Source of the DNA: an uncultured Acidobacteriota bacterium
GTDB lineage: Bacteria; Acidobacteriota; Thermoanaerobaculia; Multivoradales; JAHEKO01
Length of the DNA: 64,000 bases
Direction: 5' to 3'
Assembly (NCBI GenBank): GCA_963713825.1
Contig: CAVQNG010000003.1
Coordinates: 832,001-896,000 of the forward strand
A program made the translations under genes and the position numbers. The first letter of the stretch is position 1. Every line of letters begins with the position of its first letter. The notes under the pieces were generated by a model, which was not told the origin of the DNA, ran no database searches, and saw only the letters and a program-made list of their open reading frames with translations. Below, in pieces: positions 29,523 to 39,114 of this stretch.

Positions 29523-29540
29523 AGATATTACCTCCCGGGC

Positions 29541-30299
29541 TCAAGAATCTGAGCCGCAGCTGCGAATGATAGCGAGGAATTTCTCCGGGTCAAGGCTGGC
29601 CCCTCCCACCAGGAAGCCGTCCAGGTCCGGTTTCGAGATCAGCTCGGCGGCATTCTGGGGGTTTACCGATCCACCATAGAGGATTCGTTTCGCCTCGGCC
29701 GCGGTCTCGCCGAGCATCTCGGCGAGCAGACCGCGCAGGAATGCGTGGGCTTCCTGGGCGATCTCTGGCGTCGCTGTCTCGCCTGTACCGATCGCCCACA
29801 CCGGCTCGTAGGCCAGGGTGAAAGTCGCGGGGCCCGCGGTCAACGCGGCACGGAGCTGGCGCTCCAGCACTTCGAAGGTCCGCTCGGCCTGCCGTTCGGC
29901 CTGGGTCTCTCCAACGCAGATCAGCGGAGTCAGGCCGTAGCGCAGGGCTGCGACCGCTTTCTGGCGCACGAGATCGTCACTCTCGTCGTGATCGTGGCGG
30001 CGCTCGCTGTGACCGCAGAGAACCCAGGTGCACCCCGCGTCCACCAACTGGGGCCCTGAGACATCGCCCGTATGCGCACCCTTGTCCTCTGGATGCAGGT
30101 CCTGTCCGCCGCAGCCCACTTCGCTACCCTCTAGAGCGTCGGACACTTCATGAAGTAGTGGAAAGGAAGGAAAGAGCACGACGTCGGCTTGTAGTGTCGC
30201 CCCTGCCAGAAACTCCTCACAGAACCGCCGTGCATCCTGGCGGAGAAAGTGCATCTTCCAGTTACCGCCCACCATGGGCCTGCGTCGATTGGGGCTCAT
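29541..30299 (-). CDS. tpiA: Triosephosphate isomerase
   Basis: GNWKM, GHSERR, AYEPVWAIGTG, LVGGASL. Confidence 0.97.
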   Translation of the reverse strand: MSPNRRRPMVGGNWKMHFLRQDARRFCEEFLAGATLQADVVLFPSFPLLHEVSDALEGSEVGCGGQDLHPEDKGAHTGDVSGPQLVDAGCTWVLCGHSERRHDHDESDDLVRQKAVAALRYGLTPLICVGETQAERQAERTFEVLERQLRAALTAGPATFTLAYEPVWAIGTGETATPEIAQEAHAFLRGLLAEMLGETAAEAKRILYGGSVNPQNAAELISKPDLDGFLVGGASLDPEKFLAIIRSCGSDS

Positions 30300-31495
30300 G
30301 ACGTTTTCTCCAAGGCGAAGAGGCCGGGCAGCGTCTTGCCGGCCAGGAATTCAAGGGAGGCGCCACCGCCGGTGGAGATGTGGCTGATTTGAGCGGCGAC
30401 TCCGGCCTGTCGGACTGCGGCGACCGTTTCGCCGCCGCCGACAACCGTGAAACCTTCACATTCGGCCACGACTCGAGCCACCAGCACGGTGCCTTTGTTA
30501 AATGGCGGTTTCTCGAAGACGCCCATTGGTCCGTTCCAAAGCACCGTCTTGGAACCTTCGAGAGCGGTGTCGATGGCGCGGCAGGCCTGCTGTCCGATGT
30601 CGACTGCCTTGAAGCCTGCGGGAACCTTGGCTGCGCCGACCGTCTCGATCGTTTGCGGTTTGTCCAGATCGTCTGTCACCACCAGGTCTTCAGGCAGGAG
30701 GACCTGGATGTCGGCAGCTTGCGCGCGATGCAAGATATCCCTCGCTACATCCAACTTGTCGTTCTCGAACAGAGAGTCGGCGAGGTCGTAACCCAGGGAG
30801 GCGAGAAACGTATTGGCCATGCCCCCTCCCAAGACGAGGCAGTCGAGGCGGTCCAGCAGGTTGCTGACGGTTGCCACCTTGTCGCCGATCTTGGCGCCAC
30901 CGACGATGGCGACGAAGGGGCGAGCGGGGTCATCCAACAGGCTGCTGAGCGCGTCGACCTCATCGATCATGAGGCGGCCGGCTGCTTTGCGTTCGATGCG
31001 CTCGGGGATGCCGACGACCGAGGCGTGGGCCCGGTGGGCGGTGCCAAAGGCGTCGTTGACATAGGCCTGGCCCAGCGCTGCCAGACGGTCCGCGAACTCG
31101 GGGTCATTCGTCGTCTCACCGGGGTGGAAGCGCAGGTTCTCCAGCAGGCAGACGTGACCCGGCTCGAGAGTTTGTAACTGGTCCTGCGCCGGCTGTCCGA
31201 TGCAATCCTCGGCGAACGCCACGTCGTCTCCGAGCATCTCTCCGAGGGCTGTAGCAACCGGGCGCAGAGAAAGCTCCGGAACCACCTGGCCCTTGGGTCG
31301 GCCACAGTGAGACATGACGAGTAGTCGAGCGCCTGCGGCCCTGAGCTCCGCGATCGTCGGCAGTGCCGCCCGCAGCCGGGTGTCGTCCATGACTTTGCCG
31401 TCGGCGAGGGGGACGTTGAAATCCACCCGTAGTAGTGTTGGAACGCCCTCGAGACTGTCGAGACCCAGGTCGTCCAGATTCAGGATGTCCGTCAT
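30296..31495 (-). CDS. pgk: Phosphoglycerate kinase
   Basis: RVDFNVP, LENLRF, DAFGTAHRAHAS, HISTGGGASL. Confidence 0.97.
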   Translation of the reverse strand: MTDILNLDDLGLDSLEGVPTLLRVDFNVPLADGKVMDDTRLRAALPTIAELRAAGARLLVMSHCGRPKGQVVPELSLRPVATALGEMLGDDVAFAEDCIGQPAQDQLQTLEPGHVCLLENLRFHPGETTNDPEFADRLAALGQAYVNDAFGTAHRAHASVVGIPERIERKAAGRLMIDEVDALSSLLDDPARPFVAIVGGAKIGDKVATVSNLLDRLDCLVLGGGMANTFLASLGYDLADSLFENDKLDVARDILHRAQAADIQVLLPEDLVVTDDLDKPQTIETVGAAKVPAGFKAVDIGQQACRAIDTALEGSKTVLWNGPMGVFEKPPFNKGTVLVARVVAECEGFTVVGGGETVAAVRQAGVAAQISHISTGGGASLEFLAGKTLPGLFALEKTS

Positions 31496-31537
31496 TGTCG
31501 CTTCTCCCTTTCCGGTCTTGTCCTCAACGCAGGGCGA

Positions 31538-32542
31538 TTAGAGCTTCTGTCCCAGAAACTCCAGCGTATCCGCCAGGCGACTGCCGTGTCCGAACTCGTT
31601 GTCGTACCACGCTACGATTCGGGTCAGTCCGCCATCGACGTTGGAGGTCAAGGGTAGGTCGATGATGGCCGAATGGGGGTCGCCGAGAAAGTCGCTGGAG
31701 ACCAATTCCTCCCCGGTCACGGCCAGGACTCCGGCCAGCTCGCCTGCGGCTGCTATTGAGAAGGCGTGGTTGACGTCGGCAGGCGAGGGGCGATCTGCGA
31801 GCGCCGCCACGAGATCGAGCAAAGAGACGTTTGGGGTCGGTACCCGTATGGCAAAGCCGGCGAGCTTGCCTTCGAACCCTGGCAGGATCCGATGAATCGC
31901 CTGGCTGGCACTCGTCGTGGTTGGAATCATGTTCAGGGTCGCGGTGCGGGCGCGCCGCGGGTCGGCATGGGGGTAGCTCAGGAGTCGCTGATCGTTGTTG
32001 TAGCTGTGCACCGTATTGAAGAGGCCCTGTCGCAGGTCGAACGTGTCATCGAGAACCTTGACCATGGGAGCGAGGCAGTTGGTGGTGCAGGAGGCGCCGC
32101 TGAGCAGATGGTGATGCTGCGGCTCGTAAGCTGCCTGGTTGATCCCCATGCACAGCGTCAGGTCCATGCCGTCGGCATTGGCGGAGACCACGACCTTCTT
32201 CACCGGTCCTCGCCGGTGCGCCGCGGCCGAATCTCGGTCCAGACAAGCTCCGGTGGCATCGACGACGACTCTGGGTGCCAGATCGAGCCATGGGATACGG
32301 TCCGGAGCGGATTCGTTGAAAACCGGGATGGACCGGCCATTGACCACAAGGGAGTCGGCGGTCGCTTCGATCGTGCCGTCGAAAGGCCCGTGAATGGTGT
32401 CTCTTGCCAGCAGATTGGCGAGTTGGTGGGCCGGGGCCAGGTCGTTGACCGCTACGAGCTCGAGCTCGGGCCTGCGGACCGCAACACGCAGCAGCGCGCG
32501 GCCGATGCGGCCTACTCCGTTGAGAGCGAAAGGGATGGACAT
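31538..32542 (-). CDS. gap: Type I GAPDH-family dehydrogenase (divergent)
   Basis: GRIGR, ASCTTNCL, RVPTPNVS, WYDNE; gap-pgk-tpi operon. Confidence 0.85.
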   Translation of the reverse strand: MSIPFALNGVGRIGRALLRVAVRRPELELVAVNDLAPAHQLANLLARDTIHGPFDGTIEATADSLVVNGRSIPVFNESAPDRIPWLDLAPRVVVDATGACLDRDSAAAHRRGPVKKVVVSANADGMDLTLCMGINQAAYEPQHHHLLSGASCTTNCLAPMVKVLDDTFDLRQGLFNTVHSYNNDQRLLSYPHADPRRARTATLNMIPTTTSASQAIHRILPGFEGKLAGFAIRVPTPNVSLLDLVAALADRPSPADVNHAFSIAAAGELAGVLAVTGEELVSSDFLGDPHSAIIDLPLTSNVDGGLTRIVAWYDNEFGHGSRLADTLEFLGQKL

Positions 32543-32640
32543 GATGGTATGCGGGCCGTTCGGCGAGAGTGGAATTCTATCAGCATCCCTCGCCGTCGAT
32601 GGCAGCGGGAGCCGCCGATGCTAGGCTAGTCCCGGTACGG

Positions 32641-33708
32641 ATGAGCCTGACGAAACCAATCGCTCTGGGGATCGAGACCTCCTGCGACGACACGGCCTGC
32701 GCTGTGGTGGATGGGGACGGCTGCGTTCTGTCTTCTGCGGTCTCGAGTCAACTCGAAGCGCATCGCCCGTTTGGCGGCGTGGTTCCCGAGATCGCCTCGC
32801 GGCAACATCTCCGGAACTGGCCAGCGGTCAGCGCCGCCGCGCTGCAGGAAGCCGGTGTCGCGTTGAGTGACATGGACATCATCGCCGCCACCAAGGGTCC
32901 GGGTCTCATTGGATCGCTTCTAGTGGGGCTCTCGTTGGGCAAGGCCATAGCCTACGCCCAGGGTAGCCGCTTTCATGCCGTCCACCACCTGGAAGGCCAC
33001 CTCTTCTCGCCGTTTCTGCGGGCCGCGGGCGAGAGGGCGGAGCGACCACCGGATGAGTTCATCGGCCTGGTGGTCTCGGGTGGTCACACCTCACTTTTCC
33101 GGGTGAAGGGTGAAGAGACGACGACGCTGGCCGAAACCCGGGACGATGCGATGGGAGAGGTGTTCGACAAGGTGGGCAAGCGGCTCGGACTCCCCTACCC
33201 ACAGGGGCCGCTGGTGGATGAGTTGGCACAGAGCGGTGATGACGCGGCCGTCCCGCTCGCCGTTGCGCGGTGCTCGGATGGGAGCCTCGATTTCTCCTAT
33301 TCGGGGCTCAAGAGCCAGACACTGGTCGAGATCCAGAAACTCGAGGCGGCCGGCATCGAGACGGGCCTGGGAGAGGCAACGGCCAGCGCCGTCCCGGGTC
33401 CAATCCTGGACGTGCTTGCCGGCTTTCGAAAGGCCGCCGTGGGACAGTTGGTAGAGCGTCTGGAAAGACTCCGAAAGCAGCAGTCAATCCGACAGCTCGC
33501 GGTGTCCGGAGGCGTCGCCGCAAACCGGTTGCTGAGACCCACGCTCGAGGCCTGGGCACGAGAGCGCGAAGTCGACTTGCGCCTGGTCTCACTCCAGTAC
33601 TCCGGGGACAATGCCGCCATGATCGCGCATGCGGCTCTGTTGCGGGACAAGCGGGGTTTGGCCGACGATCCGAGGGACGCCGATGCTGCCAGCCGTATTC
33701 CACTTTAG
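32641..33708 (+). CDS. tsaD: tRNA t6A threonylcarbamoyltransferase TsaD
   Basis: GIETSCDDT, HHLEGH, VSGGHT, DNAAMIA. Confidence 0.95.
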   Translation: MSLTKPIALGIETSCDDTACAVVDGDGCVLSSAVSSQLEAHRPFGGVVPEIASRQHLRNWPAVSAAALQEAGVALSDMDIIAATKGPGLIGSLLVGLSLGKAIAYAQGSRFHAVHHLEGHLFSPFLRAAGERAERPPDEFIGLVVSGGHTSLFRVKGEETTTLAETRDDAMGEVFDKVGKRLGLPYPQGPLVDELAQSGDDAAVPLAVARCSDGSLDFSYSGLKSQTLVEIQKLEAAGIETGLGEATASAVPGPILDVLAGFRKAAVGQLVERLERLRKQQSIRQLAVSGGVAANRLLRPTLEAWAREREVDLRLVSLQYSGDNAAMIAHAALLRDKRGLADDPRDADAASRIPL

Positions 33709-33727
33709 AAGCTGAGGAGGAACCCCG

Positions 33728-33883
33728 ATGCGTGCGACGGATCGCTGGCTGCTGGCCCTGTTGCTGGTGGTGATCGACTTGGTTATCTTCGCAGTTCCCC
33801 TGACCGGCCTTTTTGCCGCTTACATCCTCTTGGTCCGCCCGCCCTGGTTTCGAGCCTGGGTCGAGGATCTCTATCGCAGTTGA
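33728..33883 (+). CDS. Small 51-aa membrane protein (not in ORF track)
   Basis: GAGGAGG RBS; MRATDRWLLALLLVVIDLVIFAVPLTGLFAAYILLVRPPWFRAWVEDLYRS*. Confidence 0.7.
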   Translation: MRATDRWLLALLLVVIDLVIFAVPLTGLFAAYILLVRPPWFRAWVEDLYRS

Positions 33884-34089
33884 GTCTATAGGTTGCCCAG
33901 GGAGTAGTTTTCCTGCGACTTACGCTTGACTTTCGCCTTTTTGAATGGAAAACTACCTACTGTTGGCGCGTATCTTGCTCTTACTCTTGGCTGGGAAAGA
34001 AATGAGCGACGAACCCTGTAACAGAACGATTCACCCGGAGACTACGTATAGATGTGTAGGAGGGAGTTGCCAGGAGGCGTGAGGCCATC

Positions 34090-34359
34090 ATGAAACAGAC
34101 GCAGCGGCACCGCAGAAGCAGATCCCGCAAGCGAGCGGCCAGGCTCGGTCGTTCGACGGCCCCCGACGTCCGGCCCTGGCATCGGCCGACGTTCGGTGAG
34201 TTCCTCGACCAGTTGGAGCACGAGTTCGGTGGCAGGCTGGATACCAGCGTGTTGCTCCTGGCGGGTCTGGGTCGCAGTGAGCGGCTGGCGCCCTCTGATA
34301 TCGAAGCCCTCTGCTCGCAGATTGGACTACCCGCCGAGGATTTTGGCGTCGGACCCTAG
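34090..34359 (+). CDS. Small hypothetical protein
   Basis: 89-aa ORF with upstream TTGACT and an inverted repeat. Confidence 0.5.
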   Translation: MKQTQRHRRSRSRKRAARLGRSTAPDVRPWHRPTFGEFLDQLEHEFGGRLDTSVLLLAGLGRSERLAPSDIEALCSQIGLPAEDFGVGP

Positions 34360-34377
34360 CTCACAGTCGCCGTGCAG

Positions 34378-35220
34378 TCATTCGAGGTGCAGGCTGAAGA
34401 AGGCCAGGGTTTTGGCCCAGGCATCCTCGGCAGCCGTCTCGTTGTAGTGAGTTCCCGAAGGATTCGCGAAGGCGTGGTCGGCGTCCTCGTAGATGTGGAT
34501 GGTGGCCTCTTTGTCGAGGGCCCCCAGTGCCGCTTGGAACTCCTTGACTGTCGCCACCGGAATTCCGTCGTCAAGAGCACCAAAGATCCCCAGAACCGGG
34601 CTCGAAAGAGCCTCCAGCTCTGCCGTATCAGTCGTCAGCCGCCCGTAGTAGATCACCGCTGCATCGACTTGGTCGGGGAAGGCGAGGGCGGTTCGCAGGG
34701 ACCAGCCACCACCGAAGCACCACCCAATGACCCCAATCCGCTCGACACCAGCGCTTCGCAGGTGCTCGATGGCCTGGTGTAGGTTGTCGAGGATCTGTTC
34801 CGTGCGCTCACCGCTACCGCGAGCCAGTCGACTCGCTTCGGTCCGGTCCGCGGCCACTTCGCCCTCGTAGAGATCCACGGCCAACGCCAGATAGCCGGCC
34901 CCCGCCAGGCGTCGGGCCATCGCTTTGACGTTGTCATTGAGTCCCCACCACTCGTGAATGACCACCAGTCCCGCTTCTGGGTGCACACCTTTCGGATGGG
35001 CTACATAGCCGACGATGTCCTTGCCGTCGATCCCGGCATAGGTCCCCTCCTGGGCGACGATCTCGATCTCGGGGTCCACTTGTGAGGCGGGACTGGCGAT
35101 CGGCTCATCGGTGGCGTGCTCCTTTTCCATCTTGGAGACGTACTCCTCGTTGCTCTGCTGTGCTACGCAGAGAGAAGAGACGGCGGCGAGGATCAGCACC
35201 CAGAGAGTGAATCTGTACAT
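34378..35220 (-). CDS. Exported dienelactone hydrolase family protein
   Basis: HEWWGLN, GWCFGG, HAFAN; signal peptide; AAGGAG RBS. Confidence 0.9.
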   Translation of the reverse strand: MYRFTLWVLILAAVSSLCVAQQSNEEYVSKMEKEHATDEPIASPASQVDPEIEIVAQEGTYAGIDGKDIVGYVAHPKGVHPEAGLVVIHEWWGLNDNVKAMARRLAGAGYLALAVDLYEGEVAADRTEASRLARGSGERTEQILDNLHQAIEHLRSAGVERIGVIGWCFGGGWSLRTALAFPDQVDAAVIYYGRLTTDTAELEALSSPVLGIFGALDDGIPVATVKEFQAALGALDKEATIHIYEDADHAFANPSGTHYNETAAEDAWAKTLAFFSLHLE

Positions 35221-35280
35221 CGGAGACTCCTTACAAGAGTGGGTTGAGGAATCGACAGTATCACTCTGGCAGTAGAGGAC

Positions 35281-35305
35281 GTGAGGGAGAGCCTTGCGCC
35301 CTCCC
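35281..35305 (+). repeat. Degenerate GTAG-type REP
   Basis: gtgagggagagccttgcgccctccc, near-identical to 43958-43982. Confidence 0.6.
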
Positions 35306-35369
35306 GTTCCGTCTTCTTGCCACGGCGGTTCGTCGACAGGCCCTGGAAAGAGATCGCTGGACGGTGCAG

Positions 35370-36074
35370 CTAGTCGAGCGCCACGCCGACGTCGCCGATC
35401 CTGAGGTGGGCTGTGATGTGAGCATCGCCATCGCCCGCATCCCACTGGGCCCTTGCCCCCAGGAGCTTGTGGCGAACGGTCGGGACGTCCACATCCTCGC
35501 CGCGAATCCCGGCGTCGCCGATGCCAACGCTCAGGTTCACAGAGGAGACCTGCTTCTCGGGTACGTGGATCTTCAGATCGCCGATCCGCATTCCGACGTC
35601 CAGGTCGGCCTCGCCCGAAACGTCGATGTTCAGATCGCCGATCCCCATGCGAACCTCGAGTGGTGCCCAGCGCGGCACGACGATTCGTCCCTCGACCTCG
35701 AGTTTGCGCATCCTGCGGAGCGATAGACCCGCGAGTCGAATGGAGACCTGCTCGCCCGTCGTTTCCGCTACGAGCTGGAGATCGTTGCGATAGGACTCGC
35801 ATCGCTCGGCCGAGAGACGTCGGCAGCGCACCCTCAACTCGGTACTCACCTGGCCGACATCGGCAGCGGAAATCTCCAACTCTCCGACGCTGAAGTTCAC
35901 GAGCACAGCCTGACCGAAGTCCACCGGAACCAGCAAGGGTGCCTCGCCCGTGACGGTGATGACGTCGCGAAAGGTCGGCGAGGTGGAATCACTGGCGTCA
36001 AGGGCTGCAGGAAGAACAAGGCACAGAAGTGCCGCAAGAACGGGTCGGCGCATGGGTGGATTCCTTTCACCCAT
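35370..36074 (-). CDS. Exported DUF4097/adhesin-like beta-repeat protein
   Basis: Signal peptide, repeated xxIGDL/IGDA/IGDV motifs. Confidence 0.6.
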   Translation of the reverse strand: MGERNPPMRRPVLAALLCLVLPAALDASDSTSPTFRDVITVTGEAPLLVPVDFGQAVLVNFSVGELEISAADVGQVSTELRVRCRRLSAERCESYRNDLQLVAETTGEQVSIRLAGLSLRRMRKLEVEGRIVVPRWAPLEVRMGIGDLNIDVSGEADLDVGMRIGDLKIHVPEKQVSSVNLSVGIGDAGIRGEDVDVPTVRHKLLGARAQWDAGDGDAHITAHLRIGDVGVALD

Positions 36075-36078
36075 GCCC

Positions 36079-36105
36079 TACGGGAGGAACGGCTCTTTTG
36101 TTACA
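36079..36105 (-). promoter_or_regulatory. ECF-type promoter TGTAAC-N17-CGTA
   Basis: Same motif and spacing as upstream of the ECF sigma at 62716. Confidence 0.6.
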
Positions 36106-36113
36106 GGCCGTTG

Positions 36114-36317
36114 CTATTCAGAACCTGAACCCGAATCGGTCAGGGCGCTTCGACAGATCTCCGCGAAGGCCTCGAAACCGAAGCGTTCGCTGAGCTCGAG
36201 GGCCTCGCGCCGGAGGTCCCCCGCAGCCGTTGCGTCTCCTTCGGCTGCGCTCATCTCCGCCAACAGGAGCAGGCACGGGGTAACTCCCCAGGCCGTCTCC
36301 AGAGATCTCCAGAACAG
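36114..36317 (-). pseudogene. Possible remnant C-terminus of a TPR-like protein
   Basis: Open 67 codons (LFWRSLETAWGVTPCLLLLAEMSAAEGDATAAGDLRREALELSERFG..) after the ada TAG-TAG, with no start at its 5' end. Confidence 0.4.
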
Positions 36318-36320
36318 CTA

Positions 36321-37202
36321 CTACGTCTCGAGCCCTGCCGCTTGAGTCGCGGTGGCTTCCCAGGCCAACATGGCTTGCTTGCGGGGCAGGCCCCAGCGGT
36401 AGCCGCCGAGCCCAGCCGCCGATTGAATCACCCGGTGGCACGGGATCAGATAGGAGATGGGGTTCCAGCCCACGGCTTGTCCAACCGCACGGGAAGCTCC
36501 AGGTCGGTCGAGATGTTTGGCGAGCGCACCGTAGGAGGTCAGGTATCCCGGTGGAATCTGGAGCAGGGCCTGCCAGACCTGGAGCTGGAAGTTGGTTCCC
36601 TTGATGAGCAGGGTGAACGGTCCACGGGGGCCAACCCCGGGCTCGGGAAAGAGCTTCTCCAGATATGGGGCTGTGCCGCTGGGATCTTCCTCGAGATCCG
36701 CTCCGGGCCAGCGCCGTATCAACTCCTCCTCGATCTCTGCCGGCGATCGCGCGGTGAGGAACTCGAGGGCGCAGAGGCCTCGGTCGGTCACGCCGAGGAC
36801 ACACTCGCCGAAGGGGCTGGGATGGACTCCCCAGCGCACCTGGAGGTCAGCACCACCCTGTTTGTACTCGCCCGGTGTTATCGCCTCCACGGTGACCATG
36901 AGGTCGTGCAGACGACTGCCGCCGGAGAGACCCGCATCCCAGGCCGCCTCCATGACGCTGGTCGACTCCCGAAGGCGATCCTTGGCGTACTCCACGGTCA
37001 GATACTGGAGAAAGCGCTTCGGCGTGGTGCCGACCCAACGGCCGAAGAGCCGGTGGAAGTGGTGAGGGCTCAAGCCTGTGGCCGCAGCGACATCGTCCAG
37101 ATTCGGCTGCAGCTGGAAGTTCTCCTCGAGATAGCGAATGGCGACCTCGATGCGTTCATAGTCCCGAGAAGCCGACGACAGGTGGCGATCGATCTCTTGC
37201 AT
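36321..37202 (-). CDS. ada: AraC-HTH/O6-methylguanine methyltransferase (Ada-like)
   Basis: HFHRLF..TPKRF HTH; GTNFQ..VW, IPCHRV, YRWG; no N-terminal Zn domain seen. Confidence 0.88.
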   Translation of the reverse strand: MQEIDRHLSSASRDYERIEVAIRYLEENFQLQPNLDDVAAATGLSPHHFHRLFGRWVGTTPKRFLQYLTVEYAKDRLRESTSVMEAAWDAGLSGGSRLHDLMVTVEAITPGEYKQGGADLQVRWGVHPSPFGECVLGVTDRGLCALEFLTARSPAEIEEELIRRWPGADLEEDPSGTAPYLEKLFPEPGVGPRGPFTLLIKGTNFQLQVWQALLQIPPGYLTSYGALAKHLDRPGASRAVGQAVGWNPISYLIPCHRVIQSAAGLGGYRWGLPRKQAMLAWEATATQAAGLET

Positions 37203-37278
37203 GGTCGAAAACTACCCGCCGCGGAGCCCACCGGCAACCCGAATCTTGCTGTCGGGGGCGAGGCAGAGAACGGCAGAT

Positions 37279-38046
37279 TCAGGGCGACAGGATCTCCAAC
37301 GAGACAAGGGTGTCCGTACCGAGATAGCGATCCTCGGCATTCGTATACCAGGCTCGGGCCTTGGGGAGGCGTAGGCCGCCGACCTCGACCTCGCCCTCGA
37401 GGGTGATGTATTCACCATCGCTCTTGGCCTCGTCGTGGAAGAAGCGGTAACCGGCCAAGGCATGCGACTCGGTGTCCAGGTAGAAATACCAGATGTCCGA
37501 GCCCACTGCCTCTTCGTAGGTGACTCGCACAGCCTGGACGGAGCGGTCCTGGTAGGTGGTCTCCAACACGTCGGGATCCAAAATCGTTCCCGCATCGTAG
37601 AGTTTCATCGGCAAACCCCAGAGATACGCGTAGTAATTTCGCAGCCACTCCAGGCGGTCGCAGGTCAGTCGGTACTTCTCCTGCTCCTCTCCACTGAATT
37701 GGGTGGAGCCGTTGAGGCGCATCTCGCAGCCCTCAGGGTCGAGCTCGCCGTCGATCTGGGCGCCCTCGCGCTGCGTCGCGATCTCGAAGCGATCACCAGC
37801 GTTATCGATGAGAAGGGTTGTCTGGCGAGATGGTCCGTCGGGCCGGGTCTCCTCCAAGTGAAGGCGAAAGACACCGTTTTGCCAGAGACCCTGTGGATCG
37901 TGAAAGTCGATCGCTTGTTGGACCAGCCTGGAGGAGAGAGCCGAGTCGGCCAGGGTTGGCCCAGCAGCGAGGGTCGAGATCAAGACTCCTGCACAAAGGG
38001 CCAATGCACAAAGGGTGAGCGACGGAACGAGGAGAGATCGTTTCAT
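37279..38046 (-). CDS. Exported DUF6503-like protein
   Basis: Signal peptide, YYAYLWGLPMKL, DIWYFY. Confidence 0.6.
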   Translation of the reverse strand: MKRSLLVPSLTLCALALCAGVLISTLAAGPTLADSALSSRLVQQAIDFHDPQGLWQNGVFRLHLEETRPDGPSRQTTLLIDNAGDRFEIATQREGAQIDGELDPEGCEMRLNGSTQFSGEEQEKYRLTCDRLEWLRNYYAYLWGLPMKLYDAGTILDPDVLETTYQDRSVQAVRVTYEEAVGSDIWYFYLDTESHALAGYRFFHDEAKSDGEYITLEGEVEVGGLRLPKARAWYTNAEDRYLGTDTLVSLEILSP

Positions 38047-38056
38047 TGTCAGGTCC

Positions 38057-39001
38057 TCAGTTGAGCGGTCCGGGTGGGAGGTCGCCGGGTAGCGGCGAGC
38101 CAACCTCGTCTTCGAGACGCCTATCCTGCTCCTCCCACTGCTCGATCTGTGCTTCGTCGAGGGCGCGGCGTCGCCGGAAGGCCACCAGCGCGAGCAGGGA
38201 GATCACCACCCAGAGCGCCATCGAGCTGGAGAGAATCGGTACCCAGCGATACCAGAGAGAGTGATACTCCCAGAAATAGCTCTCGGCTTGCTCCAGGCTG
38301 GCACCGACAGCTCTTTGGAAGGCCTCCGGGAAGGGCAGACCGAGAGAGACTCCGGACAGGATCGCTGCAGCCGAGTCTGGACCACGCTTGCGTACGAGAT
38401 CGTGGACGAAGGCGCCGGAGATGGCGTAGGCACGAGTGGCGGCACCCCGGTCGCTGTTGAAGCGACCCTCCAACTCGGCCAACGGCATCTCCTTCTCCCA
38501 GAGCATCGCCCAGGTGAGACGGGACCGATCCTCGAGCTGCCACGGGCGGCCGATGAACAAGGCCAGCCCTTCATCCAGCCACCGGGGAACAGCTCGCCCG
38601 CCAGCGGCGCGGGCCGTCAGAATGTGGCTGACCTCGTGCAGCACCAGGTCTTCGAAATTGGAGTCCGGATAGGCCGGGCTGCGTTCGGGAAAGAGAACGG
38701 CCACGCCAAGATTGGAGTAGGCGAAGCCGGCAATCCACGCCGGCGTGTTCTGGGCTACGGTCGAATCCTCTCCGGCCAGGGTCAAACGGATGGGTGGCCC
38801 CGGTCTGCGAAGACCGAGAACGCGCATGACATGTGCGAGTCGTTGCGGGTCCAGGTCCCGGATGCGGGCCGCATGGGCCGGGAAGTCGTTGGGGGACTCG
38901 ACGACGAGCTCAGGGATAGCCGTCTCCTGGGCCGCGACTGCTGATCGAGAGCAGCCGACGAGCAGAGCGAGAATGGTCAGCAGAAGACGAAGTCGATGCA
39001 T
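38057..39001 (-). CDS. Peptidase MA-like zinc metalloprotease with C-terminal TM
   Basis: LHEVSH followed by PRWLDEGLA. Confidence 0.8.
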   Translation of the reverse strand: MHRLRLLLTILALLVGCSRSAVAAQETAIPELVVESPNDFPAHAARIRDLDPQRLAHVMRVLGLRRPGPPIRLTLAGEDSTVAQNTPAWIAGFAYSNLGVAVLFPERSPAYPDSNFEDLVLHEVSHILTARAAGGRAVPRWLDEGLALFIGRPWQLEDRSRLTWAMLWEKEMPLAELEGRFNSDRGAATRAYAISGAFVHDLVRKRGPDSAAAILSGVSLGLPFPEAFQRAVGASLEQAESYFWEYHSLWYRWVPILSSSMALWVVISLLALVAFRRRRALDEAQIEQWEEQDRRLEDEVGSPLPGDLPPGPLN

Positions 39002-39042
39002 CTTGCCCAGACATCATAGTCCGGCAGGGATTTCAAACGCAG

Positions 39043-39076
39043 GTCACCCATCTCCCCCGTGAGGGAGATGGGTGAC
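39043..39076. terminator. Perfect 14-bp hairpin, probable terminator
   Basis: GTCACCCATCTCCC-6nt-GGGAGATGGGTGAC downstream of the 39115..39768 gene. Confidence 0.6.
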
Positions 39077-39114
39077 AACACGTTGGGTTTCGAGTCAGAG
39101 GAGCCGACGATTCG

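Noticed and set aside
34378-35802. 474-aa form of the dienelactone hydrolase
   Set aside because: The extension overlaps another gene; RBS and signal peptide indicate a start at 35220
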